Shown piece by piece: positions 14,798 to 27,700 of a DNA stretch of 64,000 bases (positions are counted from its first letter, which is position 1; each line of letters opens with the position of its first letter). A program made the position numbers and the translations under genes. A model generated the notes under the pieces. The model was given only the letters and a program-made list of their open reading frames with translations, was not told where the DNA came from and did not search any database. Origin of the DNA: the human T2T-CHM13v2.0 reference genome, Homo sapiens; the NCBI RefSeq assembly GCF_009914755.1, contig NC_060926.1, one strand, 5' to 3'.

Positions 14798-16426
14798 CTT
14801 TTTTTTAATTTTTAAATTTTATTATTATACTTTAAGTTTTAGGGTACATGTGCACAATGTGCAGGTTTGTTACATATGTATACATGTGCCATGTTGGTGT
14901 GCTGCACCCATTAACTCATCATTTAACATTAGGTATATCTCCTAATGCTATCCCTCCCTCCTCCCCCACCCCACAACAGTTCTCGGTGTGTTATGTTACC
15001 CTTCTGTGTCCACGTGTTCTCATTGTTCAGTTCCCACCTACGAGTGAGAACATGAGGTGTTTGGTTTTCTGTTCTTGTGTTAGTTTGCTGAGAGTGATGA
15101 TTTCCAGCTTCATCGATGTCCCTGCAAAGGACATGAACTCATCCTTTTTTATGGGTGCATAGCATTCCATAGTGTATATATGCCACATTATCCAGTCTAT
15201 CATTGATGGGCATTTGGGTTGGTTCCAAGTGTTTGCTGTTGTGAACTGTGCCGCAGTAAACATACGTGTGCATGTGTCTTTATATTAGAATGATTTATTA
15301 TTTTTTCAGTATATACCCAGTAATGGGATTGCTGGGTTAAATGTATTTCTAGTTGTAGATCCTTGAGGAATTGTCACACTGTCTTCCACAATGGATGAAC
15401 TAATTTATACTACCACCAAGAGTGTAAAAGCGTTCCTATTTCTCCACGTCCTCTCCAACATCTGTTGTTTCCTTATCTTTTAATGTTGGCCATTCTAAGT
15501 GGTGTGAGATTGTATCTCATTGTGGTTTTGATTTCTATTTCTCTAATGACCAGTGATGATGTGGTTTGCTTCACATGTTCTTTAGCTGCATAAATGTCTT
15601 ATTTGGGAAGTGTCTGTTCATATGTTTTGCCCATTTTTTGATGGGGTTGTTTTTTTTCTTGTAAATTTGTTTAAGTTCTTTGTAGATTCTGCATATTAGC
15701 TGTTTGTCAGATGGATAGATTGCAAAAATTTTCTCCCATTCTGTGGGTTGCCTGTTCACTCTGATGATAGTTTCTTTTGCTCTGCAGACACTCTTTAGCT
15801 TAATTAGGTCCCATTTGTCAATTTTGGCTTTTGTTGCCATTGCTTTTGGTGTTGTAGTGATGAAGTCTCTGCCCATGCCTATGTCCTGAATGGTATTGCC
15901 TAACACAAGGACATTTCTGTGCCTGAGTGCCATACCACCCAAAGTGATTTATAGATTCAGTGCTATCCCCATCAAGCTACCATTGACTTTCTTCACAAAA
16001 TTAGAAAAACTACTTTAAATTTCATATGGAACCAAAAAAGAGTCTACATAGCCAAGACAATCCTAAGCAAAAAGATCAAAGCTGGAGGCATCACAGTACC
16101 TGACTTCAAACTATTCTACAAGGCCACAGTAACGGAAACAGCATGGTACTGGTACCAAACCAGGTATATAGACCAATGGAATGGAACAGAGGCCACAGAA
16201 ATGACACCACACATGTAAAACCACCAGATCTTTGACAAAACTGACAAAGGTAAGCACTGGGGAAAGGATTGCCTGTTTGATAAATGGTGTTAGGAAAACT
16301 GGCTAGCCATATGCAGCAAACTGAAACTGGGCCCCTTCCTTACACTTTATACAAAAATTAACTTAAGAAGGATAAAAGAGTTAAACGTAAGACCTAAAAG
16401 CAAAAAACCTAGAAGAAAATGTAGGC
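14798..16426 (-). mobile_element. L1PA 3' end (minus, 14798-15902) plus an inverted ORF2 segment (plus, ~15928-16426)
   Basis: Reverse L1PA 3'UTR with poly-T. The two pieces abut at the same consensus point (taggc|aataccattcagg). Confidence 0.9.
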
Positions 16427-16480
16427 CACCAACCTCAGGGGAAATGTACTTGTAGTGAAATGCATGGTACAAACACGCAT

Positions 16481-19400
16481 TCCCTACTTCCTTGAGTGGG
16501 TGAGGTTGGTGGCTGGTCCATCTGCTCCAAGTGGACCCTTACAGATGTGGCTGGTTGCTCTTTGAGCCAGCTTGGCCTTGCCCGGCATGCACAAGCATCA
16601 GTGAATAACTGTGCTATAAATGGAGCCACATAGAGGAAATGAGCAGCAGGCTCAAGACCATGGTGTGCACTGCCTTTGGCGCTCCAGTCCGTGCCTCAGG
16701 GATGGTATGGCACTGCGAGCTATTTGTTTGCCAAGAGGCAGACCACAGGCCATCTTGAGGAGGACTTTATGTTCAAGTGCAGAAAACAGCCAGGATTACC
16801 ACCCAGGGGACTTGGCCTTCTGTGGCCGTGGCCAGACTTAGAATTTGTGTCAGGGCAGGGCAAGCTCACTCGGAGCAGCGTGTTGGTACCTGGGGCCTGT
16901 GCATGCCAGGGAAGGCCAAGCTGGCTCAAAGAGCAACCAGCCACCTCTGCAAGGGTGCGCCTGGACCAGTTGGACTAGCCACCAACCTCACCCACAGAAG
17001 GAAGCAGGGATGACCAGGTTACAGGAGCCTGAGTAGCTGCCACCTGAGGGCTGATGGAGCAGAGGCCTGAGGAAAATCAGATGACATGTTTAACTGTTTA
17101 ATGGATCTTGTTAATTTTTCTATAAAGCAGATGTCACCAGTCCATGCCTCAGAGCTCGTATGGCACTGCAGACCACAGAAGGCCGAGTCCCCTGGGTGGC
17201 AATCTTGGCTGCTTTCTGCACTTGAACATAAAGTCCTCCTCAAGACGGCCTGTGGTCTGCCTCTTGGCCCTACCTTTAGGGTAGAAGAACCGATGTACCA
17301 TGTTCGGCAGCAAGTGAGGTTGGTGGCTGGTCCGGTTGCTCCTGGCAAACCCTTGCAGAGGTGGCTGGTTGCTCTTTGAGCCAGCTTGGCCTTGCTCGGC
17401 ATGCACAAGCCTCAGTGCGACTACTGTGCCACAAATGGAGCCACAGAGAGGAAATGAGCAGCAGGCTCAGCAGCAGGGTGTGCGCTGTCTTTGGGGCTCC
17501 AGTCCATGCCTCAGGGCTCGTATGGCATTGCAGGCTTCTTGGTTGCCAAGAGGCAGACCACAGGCCGTCTTGAGGAGGACTTTATGTTCAAGTGCAGAAA
17601 GCAGCCATGATTACCACCCAGGGGACTTGGCCTTCTGTGGCCCTGTCCAGACTTAGAATTTGTGTCAAGGCAGGAGAAGCTCACTCGGAGCAGCGTGTTA
17701 GTACCTGGGGCCTGTGCATGCCAGGCAAGGCCAAGCTGGCTCAAAGACCAACCAGCCACCTCTCCAAGGGTGTGCCAGGACCAGGTGGACCATCCAGCAA
17801 CCTCAGCTACTCAAGGAAGCTGGGATGGCCAGTTTCCAACAGCGTGAGTGGCTGCGTCCTGATGGATGATGGAGCAGAGGCCTTAGGAAAAGCAGATGGC
17901 CCTGTGGCCCTACCTTTAGGGTAGAAGTACTGATGTGCCATGTGTGGCAGCAAGTGAGGTTGGTGGCTGGTGCACCGGCTCCTGGCACACCCTCGCAGAG
18001 GTGACTGGTTGCTCTTTGAGCCAGCTTGGCCTTGCCCGGCATGCACAAGCCTCAGTGCAACAACTGTGCTACAAATGGAGCCACAGAGAGAAAAGGAGCA
18101 GCAGGCTCAGGAGCAGCATGTGCACTGCCTTTGGGGCTCCACTCCATGCCTCGGGTCATATAGCACTGCGGGCTTCTTGCTTGCCTAGAGGCGGACCACA
18201 GGCCATCTTGAGGAGGACTTTATGTTCAAGTGCAGAAAGCAGCCAGGATTACCATCCAGGGGACTCGGCCTTCTGTAGCCCTGGCCAGACCTTGCAGAGG
18301 TGGCTGGTTGCTCTTTGAGCCAGCTTGGCCTCCCTGGCATGCACAGGCCCCAGGTAGTAACACGCTGCTCCGAGTGAGCTTGTCCTGCCTTGGCTGCCAC
18401 CTAATTGCTGATGGAGCAGAGGCATTAGGAAAAGCAGATGGCACTGCGGCCCACCTTTAGGGTAGAAGAACTGATGTACCATGTCCGGCCGCTAGTGGGT
18501 GAGTGGTGCACCTGCTCCTGGCACACCCTTGCAGAGGTGGCTGGTTGCTCTTTGAGCCAGCTTGGCCTTCCCCGGCATGCACAAGCCTCAGTGCAACAAC
18601 TGTGCTACAAATGGAGCCACAGAGAGGAAACGAGCAGTAGGCTCAGGAGTCGGGTGTGTGCTGCCTTTGGGGCTCCAGTCCATGCCTCGGGTCGTATGGC
18701 ACTGTGGGCTTCTTGGTTGCCAAGAGGCAGACCACAGGCTGTCTTGAGGAAGACTTTATGTTCAAGTGCAGAAAGCAGCCATGATTGCCACGCAGGGGAC
18801 TCGGCCTTTTGTGGCTCTGGCGAGACTTAGAATTTGTGTGAAGGCAGGAGAAGCTCACTCAGAGCAGCGTGTTACTACCTGGGGCCTGTGCGTGTCCGGG
18901 AAGGCCAAGCTGGCTCAAAAAGCAACCAGCCACCTCTACAAGGGTGCGCCTGGACCAGTTGGACCAGCCACCAACCTCACCCACTGAAGGAAGCAGTGAT
19001 GGCCAGGTTCCCACAGCCTGAGTGGCTGCCACCTGAGGGCTGATGGAGCAGAGGCCTGAGTAAAATCAGATGGCATGTTTAACTCTTTAATAGATCTTAG
19101 GTTAATATTTCTATAAAGCAGATGTCACTAGTCCATGTCTCAGAGCTTGTATGGCAGTGTAGACCACAGAAGGCTGAGTCCCCTTGGTGGCAATCCTGGC
19201 TGCTTTCTGCACTTGAACATAAAGTCCTCCTCAAGACGGCCTGTGGTCTGCCTCTTGGCCCTACCTTTAGGGTAGAAGAACCAATGTACCATGTCCTGCA
19301 GCGAGTGAGGTTGGTGGCTGGTCTGGCTGCTCCTGGCACACACTTGCAGAGGTGGCTGGTTGCTGTTTGAGCCAGCTTGGCCTTGCCTGGCATGCACAAG

Positions 19401-22400
19401 TCTCAGTGCAACAACTGTGCTACAAATGGAGCCACAGAGAGGAAATGAGCGGCAGAGTTAGGAGCAGGATGTGCGCTGCCTTTGGGGCTCCAGTCCATGC
19501 CTCGGGTCGTATGGCACTGCAGGCTTCTTGGTTGCCAAGAGGCAGACCACAGGCCCTCTTGAGGAGGACTTCATGTTCAAGTGCAGAAAGCAGCCAGGAT
19601 TACCATCCAAGGGACTCGGCCTTCTGTGGCCCTGGCCAGACTCAGAATTTGTGCCAAGGCAGGACAAGCTCACTCGGAGCAGCGTGTCAGTAGCTGGGGC
19701 CTATGCATGCCAGGCAAGGCCAAGCTGGCTCAAAGAGCAACCAGCCACCTCTGCAAGGGTGTGCCAGGAGCAGGTGGACCATCCAGCAACCTCAGCTACG
19801 CAAGGAAGCTGGGATGGCCAGGTTCCAACAGCCTGAGTGGCTGCCTCCTGATGGCTGATGGAGCAGAGGCCTTAGGAAAAGCAGATGGTCCTGTGGCCCT
19901 ACCTTTGGGGTAGAAGTACTGATGTGCCATGTCCGGTAGCAAGTGAGGTTGGTGGCTGGTGCACCGGCTCCTGGCACACCCTCGCAGAGGTGACTGGTTG
20001 CTCTTTGAGCCAGCTTGGCCTTGCCCGGCATGAACAAGCCTCAGTGCAACCTCTCTGCTACATATGGAGCCACAGAGAGGAAACGAGCAGCAGGCTCAGG
20101 AGCAGGCTGTGCGCTGCCTTTGGGGCTCCAGTCCAAGCCTCGAGTCGTATAGCACTGCGGGCTTCTTGCTTGCCTAGAGGCAGAAAACAGGCCGTCTTGC
20201 GGAGGACTTTATGTTCAAGTGCAGAAAGCAGCCAGGATTACCATCCAGGGGACTCAGCCTTCTGTGGCCCCGGCCAGACCTTGCAGAGGTGGCTGGTTGC
20301 TCTTTGAGCCAGCTTGGCCTCCCTGGCATGCACAGGCCCCAGGTAGTAACACGCTGCTCTGAGTGAGCTTGTCCTGCCTTGGCTGACACCTAATTGCTGA
20401 TGGAGCAGAGGCATTAGGAAAAGCAGATGGCACTGCGGCCCACCTTTAGGGTAGAAGAACTGATGTACCATGTCCGGCCGCTGGTGGGTGAGTGGTGCAC
20501 CTGCTCCTGGCACACCCTTGCAGAGGTGGCTGGTTGCTCTTTGAGCCAGCTTGGCCTTGCCCGGCATGCACAAGCCTCAGTGCAACAACTGTGCTACAAA
20601 TGGAGCCACAGAGAAGAAAGGAGCAGCAGGCTCAGGAGCAGGGTGTGCACTGCCTTTGGGGCTCCACTCCATGCCTCGGGTCATATAGCACTGCGGGCTT
20701 CTTGCTTGCCTAGAGGCGGACCACAGGCCATCTTGAGGAGGACTTTATGTTCAAGTGCAGAAAGCAGCCAGGATTACCATCCAGGGGACTCGGCCTTCTG
20801 TAGCCCTGGCCAGACCTTGCAGAGGTGGCTGGTTGCTCTTTGAGCCAGCTTGGCCTCCCTGGCATGCACAGGCCCCAGGTAGTAACACGCTGCTCCGAGT
20901 GAGCTTGTCCTGCCTTGGCTGCCACCTAATTGCTGATGGAGCAGAGGCATTAGGAAAAGCAGATGGCACTGCGGCCCACCTTTAGGGTAGAAGAACTGAT
21001 GTACCATGTCCGGCCGCTAGTGGGTGAGTGGTGCACCTGCTCCTGGCACACCCTTGCAGAGGTGGCTGGTTGCTCTTTGAGCCAGCTTGGCCTTCCCCGG
21101 CATGCACAAGCCTCAGTGCAACAACTGTGCTACAAATGGAGCCACAGAGAGGAAACGAGCAGTAGGCTCAGGAGTCGGGTGTGTGCTGCCTTTGGGGCTC
21201 CAGTCCATGCCTCGGGTCGTATGGCACTGTGGGCTTCTTGGTTGCCAAGAGGCAGACCACAGGCTGTCTTGAGGAAGACTTTATGTTCAAGTGCAGAAAG
21301 CAGCCATGATTGCCACGCAGGGGACTCGGCCTTTTGTGGCTCTGGCGAGACTTAGAATTTGTGTGAAGGCAGGAGAAGCTCACTCAGAGCAGCGTGTTAC
21401 TACTTGGGGCCTGTGCGTGTCCGGGAAGGCCAAGCTGGCTCAAAAAGCAACCAGCCACCTCTACAAGGGTGCGCCTGGACCAGTTGGACCAGCCACCAAC
21501 CTCACCCACTGAAGGAAGCAGTGATGGCCAGGTTCCCACAGCCTGAGTGGCTGCCACCTGAGGGCTGATGGAGCAGAGGCCTGAGTAAAATCAGATGGCA
21601 TGTTTAACTCTTTAATAGATCTTAGGTTAATATTTCTATAAAGCAGATGTCACTAGTCCATGTCTCAGAGCTTGTATGGCAGTGTAGACCACAGAAGGCT
21701 GAGTCCCCTTGGTGGCAATCCTGGCTGCTTTCTGCACTTGAACATAAAGTCCTCCTCAAGACGGCCTGTGGTCTGCCTCTTGGCCCTACCTTTAGGGTAG
21801 AAGAACCAATGTACCATGTCCCGCAGCGAGTGAGGTTGGTGGCTGGTCTGGCTGCTCCTGGCACACACTTGCAGAGGTGGCTGGTTGCTGTTTGAGTCAG
21901 CTTGGCCTTGCCTGGCATGCACAAGTCTCAGTGCAACAACTGTGCTACAAATGGAGCCACAGAGAGGAAATGAGCGGCAGAGTTAGGAGCAGGATGTGCG
22001 CTGCCTTTGGGGCTCCAGTCCATGCCTCGGGTCGTATGGCACTGCAGGCTTCTTGGTTGCCAAGAGGCAGACCACAGGCCCTCTTGAGGAGGACTTCATG
22101 TTCAAGTGCAGAAAGCAGCCAGGATTACCATCCAAGGGACTCGGCCTTCTGTGGCCCTGGCCAGACTCAGAATTTGTGCCAAGGCAGGACAAGCTCACTC
22201 GGAGCAGCGTGTCAGTAGCTGGGGCCTATGCATGCCAGGCAAGGCCAAGCTGGCTCAAAGAGCAACCAGCCACCTCTGCAAGGGTGTGCCAGGAGCAGGT
22301 GGACCATCCAGCAACCTCAGCTACTCAAGGAAGCTGGGATGGCCAGGTTCCAACAGCCTGAGTGGCTGCCTCCTGATGGCTGATGGAGCAGAGGCCTTAG

Positions 22401-24746
22401 GAAAAGCAGATGGTCCTGTGGCCCTACCTTTGGGGTAGAAGTACTGATGTGCCATGTCCGGTAGCAAGTGAGGTTGGTGGCTGGTGCACCGGCTCCTGGC
22501 ACACCCTCGCAGAGGTGACTGGTTGCTCTTTGAGCCAGCTTGGCCTTGCCCGGCATGAACAAGCCTCAGTGCAACCTCTCTGCTACATATGGAGCCACAG
22601 AGAGGAAACGAGCAGCAGGCTCAGGAGCAGGCTGTGCGCTGCCTTTGGGGCTCCAGTCCAAGCCTCGAGTCGTATAGCACTGCGGGCTTCTTGCTTGCCT
22701 AGAGGCAGAAAACAGGCCGTCTTGCGGAGGACTTTATGTTCAAGTGCAGAAAGCAGCCAGGATTACCATCCAGGGGACTCAGCCTTCTGTGGCCCCGGCC
22801 AGACCTTGCAGAGGTGGCTGGTTGCTCTTTGAGCCAGCTTGGCCTCCCTGGCATGCACAGGCCCCAGGTAGTAACACGCTGCTCTGAGTGAGCTTGTCCT
22901 GCCTTGGCTGACACCTAATTGCTGATGGAGCAGAGGCATTAGGAAAAGCAGATGGCACTGTGGTCCACCTTTAGGGTAGAAGAACTGATGTACCATGTCC
23001 GGCCGCTGGTGGGTGAGTGGTGCACCTGCTCCTGGCACACCCTTGCAGAGGTGGCTGGTTGCTCTTTGAGCCAGCTTGGCCTTCCCTGGCATGCACAAGC
23101 CTCAGTGCAACAACTGTGCTACAAATGGAGCCACAGAGAGGAAACAAGCCGCAGGGTCAGGAGCAGGGTGTGCGCTGCCTTTGGGCCTCCAGTCCATGCC
23201 TCAGAACTCGTATGGCACTGCAGGCTTCTTGGTTGCCAAGAGGCAGACAACAGGCTGTCTTGAGGAGGACTTTATGTTCAAGTGCAGAAAGCAGCCCGGA
23301 TAACCATCCAGGGGACTTGGCCTTCTGTGACCCTGGCCAGACTCAGAATTTGTGCCAATGCAGGACAAGCTCACTTGGAGCAGTGTGTCAGTAGCTGGGG
23401 CCTATGCATGCCAGGCAGGGCCAAGCTGGCTCAAAGAGCTACCAGCCACCTCTGCAAAGGTGTGCCAGGAGCAGGTGGACCAGCCACCAACTTCAGCCAC
23501 TGAAGGAAGCACGGATGGCCAGGTTCCAACAGCCTGAGTGGCTATCTTCTGATGGCTGATGGAGCAGAGGCCTTAGGAAAAGCAGATGGCCCTGTGGCCC
23601 TACCTTTATGGTAGAAGTACTGATGTGCCATGTCCGGTAGCAAGTGAGGTTGGTAGCTGGTGCACCGGCTCCTGGCACACCGTTGCAGAAGTGACTGGTT
23701 GCTCTTTGAGCCAGCTTGGCCTTGCCTGGCATGCACAAGCCTCAGTGCAACAACAGTGCTACAAATGGAGCGACAGAGAGGAAACGAGTGGCAGACTTAG
23801 GAGCAGGGTGTGCGCTGCCTTTGGGGCTCCAGTCCATGCCTCGGGTCCTATGGCACTGCGGGCTTCATGGTTGCCAAGAGGCAGACCACAGGCCATCTTG
23901 AGGAAGACTTTATGTTGAAGTGCAGAAAGCAGCCAGGATTACCACTCAGGGGACTTGGCCTTCTGTGGCCCTGGCCAGACTCAGAATTTGTGTCACGGCA
24001 GGACAAGCTCACTCGGAGCAGCGTGTTAGTACCTGGGGCCTGTGCATGCCAGGAAAGGCCAAGCTGGCTCAAAGCGGAATCAGCCACCTCTACAAGGGTG
24101 CGCCTGGACCTGTTGGACCAGCCACCAGCTTCACCCACTGAAGGAAGCCGGGATGGCCAGGTTCCATCAGCCTGAGTGGCTGTCTCCTGATGGCTGATGG
24201 AGCAGAGTCCTTAGGAAAAGCAGATGGCCTTGTGGCCCTACCTTTAGGGTAGAAGTACTGATGTGCCATGTCTGGCAGCAAGTGAGGTTGGTGGCTGGTG
24301 CACCGGCTCCTGGCGCACCCTTGCAGAGGTGACTGGTTGCTCTTTGAGCCAGCTTGGCCTTGCCCGGCATGCACAAGCCTCAGTGCAACAACTGTGCTAC
24401 AAATGGAGCCACAGAGAAGAAATGAGCAGCAGGCTCAGGAGCAGGGTGTTCGCTGCCTTTGGGGCCGCAGTCCATGCCTCAGGCATCATATGGCACTGCG
24501 GGCTTCTTGGTTGCCAAGAGGCAGACCACAGGCCATCTTGAGGAGGACTTCATGTTCAAGTGCAGAAAGCAGCCAGGATTAGCATCTAGGGGACTCGGCC
24601 TTCTGTGGCCCTGGCCACACTTAGAATTTGTGTCAAGGCAGGACAAGCTCACTCGGAGCAGCATGTTGCTACCTGGGGCCTGTGTATGCCAGGCAAGGCC
24701 AAGCTGGCTCAAAGAGCAACCAGTCACCTCTGCAAGGATGCGCCTG
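16481..24746. repeat. Compound tandem array: 13 units of 815 / 638-640 / 536 bp containing ~94 bp inverted repeats
   Basis: Anchor TGGAGC(C/G)AC at 16621, 17436, 18076, 18612, 19427, 20065, 20601, 21137, 21952, 22590, 23126, 23766 and 24404. Confidence 0.95.
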
Positions 24747-24749
24747 TCG

Positions 24750-27700
24750 TCTGGAGGTTGGTGGCTCCCTGTGTTAGTCCTCCAAGCCCATATTTTCCTT
24801 CTGCACTGCCCTCGCAGAGGTTTCTGAAGACGCTCTGCCTCTGCAGCATGCTTCTGCCTGGAAACAGTGGGAGGTAGTTTTGCAGGGTGGAAGCCTTCAC
24901 CAGTGGTTAAGCACCATCTTCATGATGCTGACCTCGTGATAGTTCTCATGAGATCTGCTTGTATAACATGATGTGGCACCTCTTTCCTCTCTCTGTCTTG
25001 CTCCTTCTCCTGCTGTATGAAACATCTCCTTGCCCCTTGGTCTTCTAGTATGATTGGGAGGCACCTGAGTCCTCCCAGAAGCAGAAGCCACTGTGCTTCC
25101 TTTGCAGCCTGCAGAACTGTGAGCCAATGAAACCTCTTTTCTTTTTGATCATACAGAAGGTTAGTACTGTGAAGTGAAGCTATGAAATTCCTTCAAGGCC
25201 TTTTCCCTATGAAATGCCTTCAAGGCCTTTTCCCCATTGTCTTGGCAAGCAGCACTCAGCTTCTTTTCATGCAAATATCTGAAGCCTGTGTGAATTTTTT
25301 CCCTGAAAATGGACTTTTCTTCTTTTACCACATTGCCAGGCTGTGACACAGAGAGCTGATAATGTAGAAGCAGGTTCAGTAGTGGGTAAAAGACAGAGGT
25401 CGGGAGAGTTGGGAAAGCTTAAAAGACAGCAAGATGAGGAAAAGCTTGGACCCCTGTAGAGAATTGTTAAATACTTGTGATCAGAAGGCTGACAGAAGGA
25501 TGGACAGTGAAGGCCAGACTTAAAAGTTCTCGGATAAAAATCAGGAATTTCCTGTGAATAGGAGCCAAAGCTACATTTGATTTGCCCAACAGAGGCTGCA
25601 CAGTGACCTTGCCCTGGAGATCTGTGAAACTATGAACTTGGGGGTGATGATTTAGGATGTATCTTGTGGAATGAACATCTAAGCAGCATAGCTCAAGAGG
25701 TGTCCTGTCTGCGTCGAGCAGCCTGTGTTGTTATGTATGAGCTAAGAAAGGACCTCAAGTTGGAACTTCTACTTAGAAGCGGAGCTCAAAAGTTTGGAAA
25801 ATTTGCAGCCTAGTCAAGTGGTCAAAAAGAAAAGCTGATTTTCAGGGCGAAAATTCAATAAGGCTTAGAGTATTTGCATAAAAAGGAGGTTAGTGCAAGT
25901 GTCCAAGACAAAGGGTAAAAGGCCTTGAAGGCATTTCAGAGACCTTTGCAGTAGCCTTTGCTCTCACAGGCCCTGGGGCCTAGCAGAGAAGAATGGTTTC
26001 CTGGGCCAGTTCCATGGCCCTGCTGCTGTGTGCATCCTCAGGACACTGCTGCCTGCATCCCTGCAGCCCCAGCTCCAGCCATGGCTGAATGATGCACAGG
26101 TACAGCTTGGGTCACTACTTCACATGTGGCTCCAAGCCTTGATGGCTTCCACATAGTGTTAAGGCAGCAGGTGAAGAGAGCAAGAGACTAGAGGCTTTGG
26201 AGCCTCTTGTCTGGACTCCAGAGGATGTAGAGAAAAGCCTGGGTGTCCAGGCAGTAGCCTTTCCAAGAGGCTCATGGAAAACCTCTGCTAGGGCAGCAAA
26301 GAAGGGCCATGTAGTGTTGAAGCCCCCTCACAGGGAGGCTCCATTCTCCAAACCCCAGATTCATAGACCCACCAACATCTTGCACCCTCAGTGTGGAAAA
26401 GCTACAGGCATTCAAAACAGCCCTGTCCATGAGAGGCAGCTGTGGGTGCTGAACGCTGCAAAGCCACAGGTGCAGATCTGCCCAAGGCCTTGGGAGCCCA
26501 GCCCTCAGCCCTGTGCCATGGATGTGGGACGAGGATTCAAAAAGGATGATTTTGGAGCTGTCGGATTGAATGACTGGCCTGCTGGGTTTTGGATGTTCAT
26601 GTATCCTGTGAGTCCCATCTGTGTTTTGTTTTTCTTTCTGGCATTTTTTTTCTACTGGCTGGGAATGCTTACCCATTGCATGTACAATCATTGTACCTTG
26701 GAATTAGTTAACTTGCTTTATAATTCAGAAACTCAGGGGCAGATCGGACTGTAGCCTTGTCTCAGACGAGACTTTGGGCTTTGGACATTTGAGTAAATGC
26801 TGGAATTATTTAAGATTTGGGGGCCTGTGGGGAAGGTATCATTGTATTCTGCAATGTAAGAAGCAGGAGATTTGGGGGACCAGGGACAGAATAATATAAT
26901 TTGGCTCTGTGTCCCTACCAAAGCTCGTGGAATTGTAATGGGCAAAGTTAAAGGTGGGGACTGGTGGAAGGTGATTTAATCATGGTGGAGAGTGGAGTTT
27001 GGAAGGTGGGGGTGGTTGGGAGCATTGGGGGGGATTGTGTTGGGGTTGTGGGGAAAGGCAGAGGTGGGGGGCAGATTCTTCACAAATGGTTAAACACCAT
27101 CTTTGTAATGCTGTCCTTCTGACAGTGAGTTTGCTTCATGGTTTAGGAGCTTTGAGATTTGAATACTGGCCTGCTGGGTTTTGGATGTGCATTGGGCCTG
27201 TGGTCCCATTTGTGTTATTTTTCTGGGAAATTTCTTCCCTTTGGAGTGAGAAAGCTTACCCAATGCCTGTACCATCATCGTACCTTAAAAGAACTCCATT
27301 TTAAGTTCAGGGACTCATTGGCAGAAGAGACCGTAGCCTTGTATCAGATAAGACTTTGAACTTCTTACATTTGGGTTAACGCTGGAATGAGTTAAGGCTT
27401 TTGTAAACATTTGAAAAGGCATGACTGTATTTTACTCTGTGAGAATGACATGAGATTCGGGGGAGGGGGTCAAGGTCAGAATAATATGGTTTGGCTGTGT
27501 TTCCCTAGAAAAACTCATGTGGAATTGCAATCCCGAATGTTGGAGGTGGAGCCTGGTGGGAGGTGATTTAATCATGGATGGGGGGTGGGTGGGGTTGGAG
27601 GGAAAAAGAGGTGGGTAGCGTGGTGAGGAGTAAGCTCGCTGTAGGGTGGTGGGAGGGTGGGGGTAGTAGGAAGGAGGAGTAGCCTGCTGCAGAGGCAGAG

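Noticed and set aside
16481-24746. CRISPR-like or MITE interpretation of the repeat-spacer array
   Set aside because: The spacers are homologous to each other rather than unique, the DNA is human, and no TSDs or transposase are visible around the inverted arms.
16435-24877. Dozens of recurring 60-140 aa ORFs (MCMPGKAKLAQRATSHL, EEDFMFKCRKQPG and similar)
   Set aside because: They overlap in all six frames, follow the repeat period, have inconsistent stops between units and show no recognisable domain. They are by-products of a GC-rich repeat.
26197-26754. 185-aa ORF
   Set aside because: It lies in degenerate MaLR internal sequence and the duplicate copy is not open.
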